DNA of 64,000 nucleotides from positions 32,001-96,000 of IMG/VR virus record IMGVR_UViG_3300036828_000667; one strand, 5' to 3'. A program made the translations under genes and the position numbers. Positions 47,001 to 56,110 of this stretch are shown here, one piece after another. How positions within the stretch are numbered: the stretch's first letter is position 1; every line of letters begins with the position of its first letter. Source of the DNA: a virus. The notes beneath the pieces are model-generated. The model worked only from the letters and a program-made list of their open reading frames with translations. It was not told the DNA's origin and did not search any database.

Positions 47001-47567
47001 AAGGTCGCCAATCAACGTCTCGAAGGACTCAGAAGTCCCTCGGGTCAGAATGCCCCAACCACTGACTCTCAGCACGAAGCTTGGATGGTAGGTGACAAAG
47101 ACTGGAATGTCAAGATAGCTATAGGTGTGGACTCTAGCCGCCCCTACAGACGTGTCTATATCAAAAGCCGACATAGCAGATTTTCCAGTCAATAAAATCA
47201 CTTTAGGCCTTGTCTTCTCTATATCCTTCCGTAGAAATACAGAGTACTTTTGAATCTCATGATGCTCTGGTGTCCTATCTTTAATTCTGGACCCTTCTCT
47301 AACTATAGGACGATATGGAATTACGTTGAAGTATCGTATCTTAGTAGGATCAATATCACCAGTCTTTGCAGCTTCAACAATCGCCCGGTCCAGTGTTTGT
47401 CCCGCAGGACCTACGAACGGCGTACCCTGTTCAACTTCTTCTTTACCAGGACCTTCTCCTGCTATATATAAATGTACATCAGTATAACAACCTTTTGGCC
47501 CTACAAACAGTGGATCAAGTCCAGGACCTGGGTTTACTAAGCTGTCAGTCAATTCTAAACTAGACAT
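44034..47567 (-). CDS. Family A DNA polymerase with N-terminal family-4 uracil-DNA glycosylase domain
   Basis: UDG 'GEGPGKEE...PFVGPAG', 'TYHPS'; 3'-5' exo 'LDYEASG','FNLQYE','YAIRD'; polymerase motifs 'DLSQSEIRVLA','RRYAKSAVFAVLYG','NYPIQ','HD'. Confidence 0.9.
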   Translation of the reverse strand: MSSLELTDSLVNPGPGLDPLFVGPKGCYTDVHLYIAGEGPGKEEVEQGTPFVGPAGQTLDRAIVEAAKTGDIDPTKIRYFNVIPYRPIVREGSRIKDRTPEHHEIQKYSVFLRKDIEKTRPKVILLTGKSAMSAFDIDTSVGAARVHTYSYLDIPVFVTYHPSFVLRVSGWGILTRGTSESFETLIGDLKRAWSGFKKETVSNILKYEVIDVLEWSRVEEIFKNDTEVVLDYEASGLNTYHYNYFVGGLALKGRTTKTCVYVMLYNFWRTPGEFVIPDKLKAKIGVWLLSKKLIVFNLQYECAASLSYFGVYIRDVLDVMMMNRCLGRSGGLKEIASTRLGIQTWDAEVDEWNSLLQKIIKYVKPTYKGRIREEVIFIQDSKCNSIDTLIAWFDAVKKPTDRIVNLRTDFVQINRLAKKYYNRERYTEFCKRFFTLIIQRSTDKDFEDKFTDVPVEIIAPYAIRDIEFTDRLKDHLGEEVQKLGLVRVSEIYNNLGKLGFELEASGIAWNDELATKLDKVYLDTAIDSLRSILMIPRFQKILPSSLSTDQTFVPVIDNTQDVLEIQTTTELDNLTKFFNPRSNHKDTRDRFSKLIVTPRLKFLMMLFTVFKEYQNSKDECFKEYPVLGPTLEQVLAESDSAERFKVVDTLVEASECIGNKVQNHPANSSELWKDDNNIKITPPEIKVFIEFYGWTLPGMASEVIEDIYNAFWHIGGVNVDDKSTWVDEFRIVFLFRLYKKVMKVYSTYIWGDVGRGNATLVDKRNVRALRHPGWTEKTPTDKIWIKETSFGVCTAVTKRFRSGDHTVPAGELIDLMVSRFIDGVRLHWDLSQSEIRVLATIAKDEALLQKFREGADIHLFIASKIWGKPEKQITKQERRYAKSAVFAVLYGDSPPSFAIKFLNGNIQLAKYIFTQLFSTFPNIEIWIKAQHSFLLENGYILTPLGDPIYDVGLPHEALSLSQWSKDQLLENVFSRKVKLSSNREVDKKLRMFISESFRNAQNYPIQNASSVLAGLGIYYMSEYTLDQDMSARIDCFTHDAADLDVQIADLPKIISALPRYVIDKVVEEFNIPIKAEYEIGVSGDQMVELKNAVVDGPIISSEFHESKQTAVEALDSRLSAYGVKTYITVDEEVESVRSMGELFIARGAFALSLGQSRKLVTGKMRLDFSNVQREPYT

Positions 47568-48402
47568 GGATAGAATAACCCTTATCTATCTTGTTAGAGT
47601 GCTTTCTATTAATAATCATACTATTGATCCAAATTTTATATTCCTCTAGAGTACTTCGATTATAAATCCTAATATGTCCTCTTCTCAAATGCCGTCTTGG
47701 TGAATTGTGTGATCCTCCTAAAGAAACTCTATTCAAAGAATGCTCAGTTGGAACACTTAAGGTAAGAATTTTATACTCATATACAAGACATTTTCCTTCT
47801 AAAAGTCTTCTCTTATTTAACTTTTCTGGAGGAAGTATTGTTTCAAGATAAACATTTGAACAAGAAAGAGCTTCTATAAGCTCTAAGACTGCACGTACCC
47901 CACTCTCATGTATCTCACGCATAACTTTCTGATCACATCTTTTATATATTTCTTCAAATAGGACTTTTGTTCCAAAGGGAAATCCTCGCTCTGTCATCTT
48001 AGAATCCAAGTCTAAAGTAGATTGAAAACAATTGGGCCACCAGTATGAATTTCCAGTTCTTGGATCTTTTGTCCAACCAGTTTTCGAATCTTTAAGTTTA
48101 TGAAATGATGTTATTACAATAAGATCTTTCGTGGCATTTTCATTAGCAAGAATAATTGAACCTGAAAATTCTATCGAGATAGTTGGAAACGGAAGTCGTA
48201 TCTTATTTGGAATTCCTCTAAACTCGTCATCGAATAATACTCCATTATCAGGAATCGCAAATTTAATCGTGTTAGAATCCTCGACGACTTCCCATATCTT
48301 TATTATCCTACTTACAAGCTCTTGTGAGTAAGGATTATGATTTCTACCCTTTATTGACTTAAAATACTCTGCTGCATTCGTTATCAAATGTCTAGGTTCC
48401 AT
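47560..48402 (-). CDS. Conserved phage hypothetical protein
   Basis: C-terminal 'SPRRHLRRGHIR......IWI' motif. Confidence 0.6.
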   Translation of the reverse strand: MEPRHLITNAAEYFKSIKGRNHNPYSQELVSRIIKIWEVVEDSNTIKFAIPDNGVLFDDEFRGIPNKIRLPFPTISIEFSGSIILANENATKDLIVITSFHKLKDSKTGWTKDPRTGNSYWWPNCFQSTLDLDSKMTERGFPFGTKVLFEEIYKRCDQKVMREIHESGVRAVLELIEALSCSNVYLETILPPEKLNKRRLLEGKCLVYEYKILTLSVPTEHSLNRVSLGGSHNSPRRHLRRGHIRIYNRSTLEEYKIWINSMIINRKHSNKIDKGYSIHV

Positions 48403-48473
48403 AAGGTTTTCCCCTATATATCACGCAAACCATGTCAATGGCTTTCCATAAGACTACTCCCCAAAGACATGAA

Positions 48474-48499
48474 AGGGCGGTAGTTTTACCTACCGCCCT
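48474..48499 (-). terminator. Intrinsic terminator
   Basis: AGGGCGGTAG-TTTTAC-CTACCGCCCT with TTT following on the minus strand. Confidence 0.55.
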
Positions 48500-48525
48500 A
48501 ACACCAGCCCTTACCTCTAACCTAC

Positions 48526-49143
48526 TTACTTAGTAGACGGCACTGGGTGGGGTATGGTCGGAACGCCTACTACTACCCAACCTGTACTCGGGCTCCAGCC
48601 CACCTTCCATTCGACCAACGGCTCCCGACCACCGTCGCCAACCGGCGGAATGTAGATCGGTGGAGTCGCGTACCCTGGCCATGGCGCATCTCCACCCCAA
48701 GTACCAAGCGGTGGCACAGGGGGTAACACAATCGGGTGTGTTGGAACTCCAGGTTCAATCGCATCCGGCGGGATCACGATCGGATGGGCTGGATGCGGTG
48801 GAGGCAGGACGATGGGATGTGTCGGAACTCCAGGCCCAATTGCTTCCGGAGGGATCACAATCGGGTGTGCAGGATAGACCGGGATGTAGATGGGATGGGT
48901 CGGCACTCCCGGTGCAATTGCATCAGGTGGGATCACAATAGGGTGTTCAGGATGTGGTTGAGGACCGGGGAGACCGATATCAACATAGTTTGGAGGTCGA
49001 CCACCCCAAGTACCTAAAGGTGGAACAGGACCTCCTGGCGCAATCGGGTGCGAAGGAAACGGACCGCCTGGCATAGGACCTCCACCAACTCCTACGTCGG
49101 TATAGTGCATATACCCTACGAAAGTAACAGGAATTGCAGCCAT
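48526..49143 (-). CDS. Proline-rich repeat protein
   Basis: Repeats of P(T/A/E)HPI(V/Y)(I/L)PP and PPLGTWGG; AGGAG RBS before Met 49143. Confidence 0.65.
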   Translation of the reverse strand: MAAIPVTFVGYMHYTDVGVGGGPMPGGPFPSHPIAPGGPVPPLGTWGGRPPNYVDIGLPGPQPHPEHPIVIPPDAIAPGVPTHPIYIPVYPAHPIVIPPEAIGPGVPTHPIVLPPPHPAHPIVIPPDAIEPGVPTHPIVLPPVPPLGTWGGDAPWPGYATPPIYIPPVGDGGREPLVEWKVGWSPSTGWVVVGVPTIPHPVPSTK

Positions 49144-49208
49144 ATCTTTACTCCTCTGTTTTACCAAAACACGGTCTTTAAACTATCCTATCGGACCGCA
49201 CGATAGTA

Positions 49209-50771
49209 CTAAACTCCAACCGTGACCAGTGACCGTTGAACCAAAGTTTGAACAACACGTAATAGATCATCAGCTTCAGACTTAATTTCCACCTCATATC
49301 TAACTATTGGTCCCCAGTGATTACAGCGATTACGTAGACCGGTCGCGGACATGAAGACCGTAAAAGCTGGACAGAATTTCGACAACCACTGGTATTGAGT
49401 ACCTTGATCGCCTTTGCCATAATTTTGTAGATCAGCTGACGATGGGTTTAAACCCTCCGTAAAGATAGGCTGGAAACCCTGCGGTTTATCCCAGAAATAA
49501 TCGAATAACCTCTCAATGTCAACATCAGAACTCGACAAATTCCAGGAACTCTGCATGAGCCCGGCTTCTGCCGTTTCCGGACTGGTATTTGTAGCTGACT
49601 GGTCACGGCCACACCAATGGTTACCACTGGTTTCTCGCATACCAAGACCAATCATCAACGTAAATAGATGACGTAAAGTATCAACCCCATCGTTACTATT
49701 ATCCATACCAAGCGAATAAAACTTGTCTCCATAATAAGTCATAACGTCGTCGTCATTACTACCATTCTCAGCTTCAGCCATAGTCATAGCTGCACTATTG
49801 CCGTCATTCAGAGCTACGACTGCCCAAGCGAACGACAATGCCATACCAGCAATATATCCCGGAGGAGCAACACCACGGTCATCCCAGCTGTATTCAACAA
49901 TCTCTGATCTATCGACAATGTTTAAAATCTGTGCCTGTAAATCAGGTCCAATTGGAGTAACAGTTCCTGCCATTTTCTGTTCTAGTTCGATTAGCTTGGT
50001 CCAGGTGTTTTTTCCCACTACACCATCAACACCAAGATCCACTGCGGCTTGGAAGCCCTTCACAGCTGCGTCGGTCCGGCCTCCAAAATCCCCATCAACA
50101 GGAATGCCTAGGTCCCTCTGGACGCGTTCAACGGAACGACCACTATCGCCTTGGCTCAGTACAACATCAGGCACTGTAGGGCCTTCTGGCGGCCTCCCCG
50201 GGGCTATTGGGGGTCGGTCTGTCGGAGGCTCAACCGGCTTGGGCGGTTGCTCGACCTCCTGACCACTGATCGCCCCGGCAATAGCTGTACATATCTGAGA
50301 GAAGTATTGCCTATATAGTTCAGCATCCTTACTACTATCTACAAAACAGGTTTCTATTAGTATAGAAGGTTTACTAGTATTGTTCAGGAAGAATAGATCA
50401 GTTCGTTTCTTTGGACCACGGTCAATGAAATGACCAGCAGAAGCAATAGCAGCTGATACTTCATCAGCCAAGGTTTGCTGAGTTATATACAGACACTCAA
50501 CACCCATTGGATTTGACGTATGGTTATAGGCATTAAAATGGACAGAAACATCCAAATCCCTACTTTGGCTATTATGATAGTTTACTATTCTATTTAGGTT
50601 CTCGTTTTGTGAAGTACTCACATCGTCATGGAAAGTCTTTATACCAACACCGATATTCCGAAGCACAGTAGCTACTTGCTCGACTACTTTTCGAGCTTCA
50701 TTCACTTCATCAAGGATATCTGACGCTCCCCTGATATGTTTCCCATGTCCTGAAGACAGAACGATATCCAT
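49209..50771 (-). CDS. Endolysin: N-acetylmuramoyl-L-alanine amidase (Amidase_3) + peptidoglycan-binding + C-terminal domain
   Basis: 'SSGHG','SVHFNA','ILIETCFVDS' Zn-amidase motifs; 'DGDFG..TDAAVK.FQ...L.VDGVVG..TW' PG_binding_1. Confidence 0.88.
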   Translation of the reverse strand: MDIVLSSGHGKHIRGASDILDEVNEARKVVEQVATVLRNIGVGIKTFHDDVSTSQNENLNRIVNYHNSQSRDLDVSVHFNAYNHTSNPMGVECLYITQQTLADEVSAAIASAGHFIDRGPKKRTDLFFLNNTSKPSILIETCFVDSSKDAELYRQYFSQICTAIAGAISGQEVEQPPKPVEPPTDRPPIAPGRPPEGPTVPDVVLSQGDSGRSVERVQRDLGIPVDGDFGGRTDAAVKGFQAAVDLGVDGVVGKNTWTKLIELEQKMAGTVTPIGPDLQAQILNIVDRSEIVEYSWDDRGVAPPGYIAGMALSFAWAVVALNDGNSAAMTMAEAENGSNDDDVMTYYGDKFYSLGMDNSNDGVDTLRHLFTLMIGLGMRETSGNHWCGRDQSATNTSPETAEAGLMQSSWNLSSSDVDIERLFDYFWDKPQGFQPIFTEGLNPSSADLQNYGKGDQGTQYQWLSKFCPAFTVFMSATGLRNRCNHWGPIVRYEVEIKSEADDLLRVVQTLVQRSLVTVGV

Positions 50772-51069
50772 CGCTCGCTCCTATTCGAAGCAGGCCAAGC
50801 TCTGAATACTGTTACAGCTTTTAGTATTTAGTCTTAACTATTCCGTTATCATCACAGAATTTAGCTCCCTTGGGAGTAAGCAAATAAATATCGGCACCTA
50901 CAGTGTTGGACAACATAGCAGTATCTAACCACACAATATACCCAGCGTCTTTAAGCCCATTCATAGCACTTTGAATACTAGATGGTCTATTATATTTAGA
51001 ATAGAAGATTTTGTTTTTCGTATTCCTGAGAGACAGTATCTTTCTCCACTCAGGCTTCATGCTACTAAT

Positions 51070-52110
51070 TTATGCTACTAATTTTCTGATATATTCTTTA
51101 ACATCGTTCCTAATGTTGCTTTCTATTATGTTACTGACAAATGTTTTAGCAACTCTCATATCCATCTTATGTAACTGTTCTTCTAGCAAATCTTGGTTGA
51201 TATCGAAAATAAAAGCTGTAGCTATCTCAGATCGGATGTCTTCAACAATTGAAAACTTATTATCTATAGGATATCTCAAATCCATTAGCTTAAAGTTTCT
51301 AAGAAGTATATCATGCCCATTTTTCAAAGCTTCATATCCTGAGGTTCTGGCTCCAGTAGGTCTCTCGAGCTTTGTCAGAGAATCGTATAAAGTATAATGT
51401 TTGTTATGCTGCAAGTCAATTAACTGGGAGGCGTATTTCTCAGCTGTCTCCCATCCACAAAACCCGGGAATGTTGTCAGATGTATCACCAGCAATAGCCC
51501 TGATCGTAAGCCAGTGGGCTCTCCAACAATCCTTATTTAGATTATTATCTCTGATAAGACTTTCGACAGTATACATTGTATCAGTCCTACTATCATATAA
51601 GTCAATATTTTTCGTAACCAGCTGAACTAAATCCATATCTGAAGAATAGATGGTAACCCTTTCATTCGGGAGCTTACTACATATATAAGCTATGATATCA
51701 TCAGCTTCACAATTTGGGACTTGAATCGACAGACATCCCGACAAAGGAAGAATTTGAGAATGCAACATTCTTGTTGTCATAACAAGCTTAGCTATATAAT
51801 CATCTCTAGCCTCATCTCCCTCTTTAGCTAACAGATTATCTGCTGATTTAAGACTGTCAGACACATTTCCAATTGGTATCTTATGAGGCTTATATTCTTT
51901 ATATAATTCACGTCTAAATATAGGAATACCTAAATCCCAGCCACCTATAACTTGATCTTTAAGCTGATGCTTTAGTACGATCTTTGATAATGAACTTAAA
52001 GCGCCATGAACGCCACCCGTAAATCTTCCTTTACTGTCTTTTAATTCAGACTGAGGCGTATGTAAAGAAGCGTGAATAATAGAATGCATATCAGCCACGA
52101 TAAGTCCCAC
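51070..52110 (-). CDS. 5'-3' exonuclease (FEN/T4 RNase H-like)
   Basis: 'FRRELYKEYK','EADDIIA','SSDMDLVQL','GDTSDNIPG'. Confidence 0.9.
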   Translation of the reverse strand: MGLIVADMHSIIHASLHTPQSELKDSKGRFTGGVHGALSSLSKIVLKHQLKDQVIGGWDLGIPIFRRELYKEYKPHKIPIGNVSDSLKSADNLLAKEGDEARDDYIAKLVMTTRMLHSQILPLSGCLSIQVPNCEADDIIAYICSKLPNERVTIYSSDMDLVQLVTKNIDLYDSRTDTMYTVESLIRDNNLNKDCWRAHWLTIRAIAGDTSDNIPGFCGWETAEKYASQLIDLQHNKHYTLYDSLTKLERPTGARTSGYEALKNGHDILLRNFKLMDLRYPIDNKFSIVEDIRSEIATAFIFDINQDLLEEQLHKMDMRVAKTFVSNIIESNIRNDVKEYIRKLVA

Positions 52111-52382
52111 TATCTGATACCCACGTCATACATTTTTTCAATTTTGTAAGGATTTTTTCTGCTTATAACCATACTATTGACCCATATTTTATACTCGCTA
52201 GGAGTTCCTCTGTTATATATTCTAACATGCCCACCATCATCAAAAATAGCCCCGTCAAGAGGTAACTGGAACTTTACTGTAGATACATCAACTACCATAC
52301 TCCAGATACGCCTAAAAGACTCTACAGGTACTGACTGAAATGATGCTGAAGCTCTCTGTATTAGATTAAGTGCTTGTGTCAT
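52110..52382 (-). CDS. Internally deleted paralog of 47560-48402
   Basis: 'KFQLPLDGAIFDD' joined directly to 'GHVRIYNR...EYKIWVNSM'. Confidence 0.6.
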   Translation of the reverse strand: MTQALNLIQRASASFQSVPVESFRRIWSMVVDVSTVKFQLPLDGAIFDDGGHVRIYNRGTPSEYKIWVNSMVISRKNPYKIEKMYDVGIR

Positions 52383-52387
52383 CTTAT

Positions 52388-52936
52388 TTACGCTGCCACT
52401 CTCTTCTCGAAGTCGGCATCCTTCTCCATCTCCCTCCTAAGATCGTTAATCTCAACAAAGCTATCAGCTGCTCTTCTCAGAGCATCTGAAACCATTTTTT
52501 GATTCAGCAAGGTCGAACATATTGTAACAACCTTGCCAGCGTCGTCGAGATGTTTAACCAGTGGAACAAACTGGCTATTTCCTGTAAATAGGATGAAATG
52601 GTCAACTGCTGGAATCAGCTTCATCGCCTGAATAGTAAAGTCAACCTGTATCCCTCGGTTACGCTCGTCAGTATCTGTAACTTTGCAGATGAACCCATTG
52701 TAGTCCAACCAATCAATCAACCTGATAATCGAGTTTTCCTCTTGGTCCTTATCAAGAGATACAAAATAGTAGATTTTCTTCAAGATAAGCATTCTCCTAA
52801 AATAATCGAGCATCTTCTTGTAATCAGGACTCCAATTAAGAGACTTAAATCCGTAATGCGAATTGATCCCATCAATCAAAACAGCTGCTGAAAGATCTTC
52901 GAATCCACCAAATGGCCTATTTTGTTCCATAGACAT
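52388..52936 (-). CDS. NYN-domain (LabA/DUF88, PIN-like) protein
   Basis: 'IDGIN','LIDWLDYNGF','VD','LFTGNSQFVPLV','SDALRRAADSFVEI'. Confidence 0.8.
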   Translation of the reverse strand: MSMEQNRPFGGFEDLSAAVLIDGINSHYGFKSLNWSPDYKKMLDYFRRMLILKKIYYFVSLDKDQEENSIIRLIDWLDYNGFICKVTDTDERNRGIQVDFTIQAMKLIPAVDHFILFTGNSQFVPLVKHLDDAGKVVTICSTLLNQKMVSDALRRAADSFVEINDLRREMEKDADFEKRVAA

Positions 52937-52954
52937 TTTTTACTCTCCAATTTT

Positions 52955-54397
52955 TTACAACGCGTTCTCATCAAGCATAATCGGTGCCTCAGTAAGCTCG
53001 ATATCACCCTCGACAACATCATCAGGGTCAAGCTCATGAGGATTATCTTCTGTATCCAAAGCTGCCTCTTCTACATCCTCTGGTTTCTCCTTTCCAGCCT
53101 CCTTCGGTTGGTCATCTGGGATGATAGGTCTAGAAACGTTTCTCTCATAAATTTTGTCTCGCTCCTCCAAGTCCTTCTTAGAAAGACTACCAAGCGTCAA
53201 ACCAAGTTTCTCATACACTATATTCAGTGTGTAGTAGTTCTTTCTGAAATGTCTAGCTATGGCATCGAGAAACAATTCACGTAGCTTAGGATTTTTTGAA
53301 ATGTAGTTATCCCCAGTAACCGCTTCCTTCTCCCACCTATAAGACTTATCCTTATTATTAAGAAGTCGCCACCAACCACCGCTGGAGTATAAGATACCTA
53401 GGTCAGCGGCAACCATCGCAGCTTCATCATCAGGGACGATCTTGCCTCCCATCTGATCGTTGATGTAGATTGGAATATTGTCCAGAGTCGGCCCGAATTT
53501 TGACTTCCTGACACTGACCTTACTAGAAGATCCAATATACATCTTCAAGCTTTCATCATAAACCTTCTTGTTCTTACTAAACCAGAAATAGTAGTGGTTC
53601 GCATGTTTAAGCGCGTTCCCACCTGAAGAGACTTCAGTCACGTTATAGGACCCTAGACCAGTAGTCCTTATTTGATTCAATAGGAATATGGTAACAGGCT
53701 TATTGAATAAGGAACTCATTACTATTGCAAGATTTATTTCGTTAATTCTAGCTCGTAGTCCCAGGCCTCCTGCGTCGCGTGGGTCATTTCCCTTCATCGC
53801 CTCTTCAACTTCTTTGGCAGGTTTAGAAGTCGCTATAGTGTCCCATATGACAAGAACTGGCGTAGGTCTACTAGGCTTTAGCAACCCCCTAAAAGCAAGA
53901 AGCGTAGCTAGGCTTTTCTGTGCTAGTAAGACTACCTCCTTAGAACTTACGGTATCATCAAGCAAGCTCAGATCAGGCTCTAGCTCAACTGTCTTCATCA
54001 ACTTGATAGCGTCTTTCAGATTCCAGTCTTTTACAAAGTCCTCCACTGTAATCTTAGCTAGAGCTTGCCTATCTTGATCACCCAGGATACGATATATCTC
54101 ACCGTAGCCACTTTCAAGTGTTCGAGCATTCTTGATAATGGTACGAGTCATGTCAAGTTTGAAGGTGTACTCTAGTCGGATCAAGTCTACTGATAGTTCC
54201 GGGTCCAAGATAACGACAACACCATCTTTGTTATCTTCCAAAAAGTTTGCAGCAGTATCGTAGGCATATGCTGACTTTCCACTACCGGGTGGACCTGCTA
54301 ATTCTGTTATAGTAGATTGATCAATCCCACCGGCTCCTATGATGTTAATAGTATCTACCGGAGTTCTTATAGTATTGTGTGACCAAATATGCTTCAT
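52955..54397 (-). CDS. RecA/UvsX-like recombinase
   Basis: 'GGGI...ITELAGPPGSGKS', 'LDPE', 'IWDTIA', 'LNQIR', 'SGGNALKH'; acidic tail. Confidence 0.88.
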   Translation of the reverse strand: MKHIWSHNTIRTPVDTINIIGAGGIDQSTITELAGPPGSGKSAYAYDTAANFLEDNKDGVVVILDPELSVDLIRLEYTFKLDMTRTIIKNARTLESGYGEIYRILGDQDRQALAKITVEDFVKDWNLKDAIKLMKTVELEPDLSLLDDTVSSKEVVLLAQKSLATLLAFRGLLKPSRPTPVLVIWDTIATSKPAKEVEEAMKGNDPRDAGGLGLRARINEINLAIVMSSLFNKPVTIFLLNQIRTTGLGSYNVTEVSSGGNALKHANHYYFWFSKNKKVYDESLKMYIGSSSKVSVRKSKFGPTLDNIPIYINDQMGGKIVPDDEAAMVAADLGILYSSGGWWRLLNNKDKSYRWEKEAVTGDNYISKNPKLRELFLDAIARHFRKNYYTLNIVYEKLGLTLGSLSKKDLEERDKIYERNVSRPIIPDDQPKEAGKEKPEDVEEAALDTEDNPHELDPDDVVEGDIELTEAPIMLDENAL

Positions 54398-54948
54398 TTA
54401 TCACCTCTCCATATATGACCACGACGGATAGCAGAAATTGTTGAAAAGTGAACTCCAAATTCTTCAGCCAATTTATTGTTGATCCCACGAGGCCCTTGAC
54501 GTGATCTTATCTCACCCACCTGAGCCTGTGTAAGTTTTGACCAAGAATGTTGTTCTCCTCTAATAGCTGTCCCATGACTAATTTTATCTTCATATTGCTC
54601 CCCATAAGTTCCCCATTCAAGATTCTCTGGCCAACGATTATCAGACTTATTACCGTTAAGATGACGACACTCGTCTTTTCCTAAAGGACATGGACCAACA
54701 AACGCATTTAATACCAGTTGATGAATATAAAATTTGCGTGTACGCCCATTTTCTTCCATAAAGACACAAAGATACCCAGTAGACGGATCAGGCTTTGGAT
54801 TTTTTATTCCTTTCCTAAATCCACGGCCGATCTGTCCAGGTAACACTCTAATCCTTCCCATGTTTGATACTTGATGGAAAGGCCACTCAGGTTGATGATA
54901 AGGTATAAGTTCAATATCTTTCCAAACCTCACCTTCCAAGTCTTCCAT
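54394..54948 (-). CDS. NUMOD4-HNH endonuclease
   Basis: 'EVWKDI...HQVSNMGRIR'; 'CRHLNGNKSDNR..NLEWGT'. Confidence 0.9.
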   Translation of the reverse strand: MEDLEGEVWKDIELIPYHQPEWPFHQVSNMGRIRVLPGQIGRGFRKGIKNPKPDPSTGYLCVFMEENGRTRKFYIHQLVLNAFVGPCPLGKDECRHLNGNKSDNRWPENLEWGTYGEQYEDKISHGTAIRGEQHSWSKLTQAQVGEIRSRQGPRGINNKLAEEFGVHFSTISAIRRGHIWRGDK

Positions 54949-54984
54949 AATAGTGACCTCCCATACTTTTATCTTATGGTCTTA

Positions 54985-56079
54985 TCAAGCAGCCTTCTTC
55001 GCTTTTTCTGTGGCTATAGTGCACAATTCTTCATAGTCACATGCAAGACAGAAAGGATTTGCTTTAGTAGGTTTATTTGCGAACCTTACGTTGGGGTACA
55101 CTTCAGACATTTTGGCGTTAATCTTACACTGATTGGCTAGTCTGCATTCGATTTCATCTGGATTAGCGGCTGTTGTCATCACAGCGGTTGACGATGATGC
55201 CTGAACCGATGCAGACTGCTGAGGCACAGCTGTAACAGAGGCTGAAGAGGCATTGGATGTTGTAGGAGCCTCAGCTGCTTTATCGCTGAACTTATGCGCT
55301 TCTGAAGACTTATCTTTAGCTTTTCCTCCAGAAGCACGAAAATTCGTGATCTCTTCATAGACAGCATTCTTCAGCTTGAAAAAATCTTCGTCAGAAATTT
55401 TGTCATCTTCATTGATATAGATACTATCCAGTCCGGTGTATGGAATCACCTCACCATCTTCGTTTTTAAACTCTAAGTCTGGTAAATCTAATGCCGTCAT
55501 TCCTGCTATGCCACAACTCACGTTAGCCTTGCCACTTCCTCTAGCAATGGAAATTTTGATCCCAGGAGCCGCATTGTTAGGATCAAGCATTTTTCGCTTA
55601 TCGTCCAGGTGCAATCCCGCGATAAAATCCTGGATAGCAAACATCTGACGACGGTCAAGAATTGCACCGTAATAATGCTTAGCCTTCGTAAATTCCTCGT
55701 CAGAAGATTCATAGAAATACGCCATCATATACCCATGTTCACGAGACTTGTATTGCCAAACTGGCTTTCCCCAAATCTTCTCCAACCCAGCGTCTGCAGC
55801 TTCAGTAAGTAAGTTGTCTACTCTATCATCTTTCCAAAACCGGAGCTTCTTACCTTCCACAGGAATTCGGCTATGTATCCAAGCACGTCTGATCAAACGT
55901 ACAAAACCCTTGGAATCACGATCTGGGAGAATGCGAAAAACGTAGGTGCCGTCTCCTAGAAAACAGACAGGAACTCCAGCTTGAAACCCGCCACGTTCTT
56001 TATATTCTTTACGGTACGCTTCTGCATCTTCATTTATTTTATTGATATCTTCATTTCCTAAGTTGAAGTTAAACTTCAT
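54985..56079 (-). CDS. Putative single-stranded DNA-binding protein (gp32-like)
   Basis: 'GTYVFRILP' motif; position between RecA and primase genes. Confidence 0.5.
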   Translation of the reverse strand: MKFNFNLGNEDINKINEDAEAYRKEYKERGGFQAGVPVCFLGDGTYVFRILPDRDSKGFVRLIRRAWIHSRIPVEGKKLRFWKDDRVDNLLTEAADAGLEKIWGKPVWQYKSREHGYMMAYFYESSDEEFTKAKHYYGAILDRRQMFAIQDFIAGLHLDDKRKMLDPNNAAPGIKISIARGSGKANVSCGIAGMTALDLPDLEFKNEDGEVIPYTGLDSIYINEDDKISDEDFFKLKNAVYEEITNFRASGGKAKDKSSEAHKFSDKAAEAPTTSNASSASVTAVPQQSASVQASSSTAVMTTAANPDEIECRLANQCKINAKMSEVYPNVRFANKPTKANPFCLACDYEELCTIATEKAKKAA

Positions 56080-56110
56080 GATTGTTCTCTCCTCTTTCAG
56101 ACTGTTAAGG

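Noticed and set aside
53860-54080. Intein in RecA
   Set aside because: The insert is short and lacks the N-terminal Cys/Ser and C-terminal His-Asn splice motifs.
54958-54975. CCATACTTTTATC resembling a unit tail
   Set aside because: There is no run of pentamers upstream, so it could be chance or a decayed remnant.
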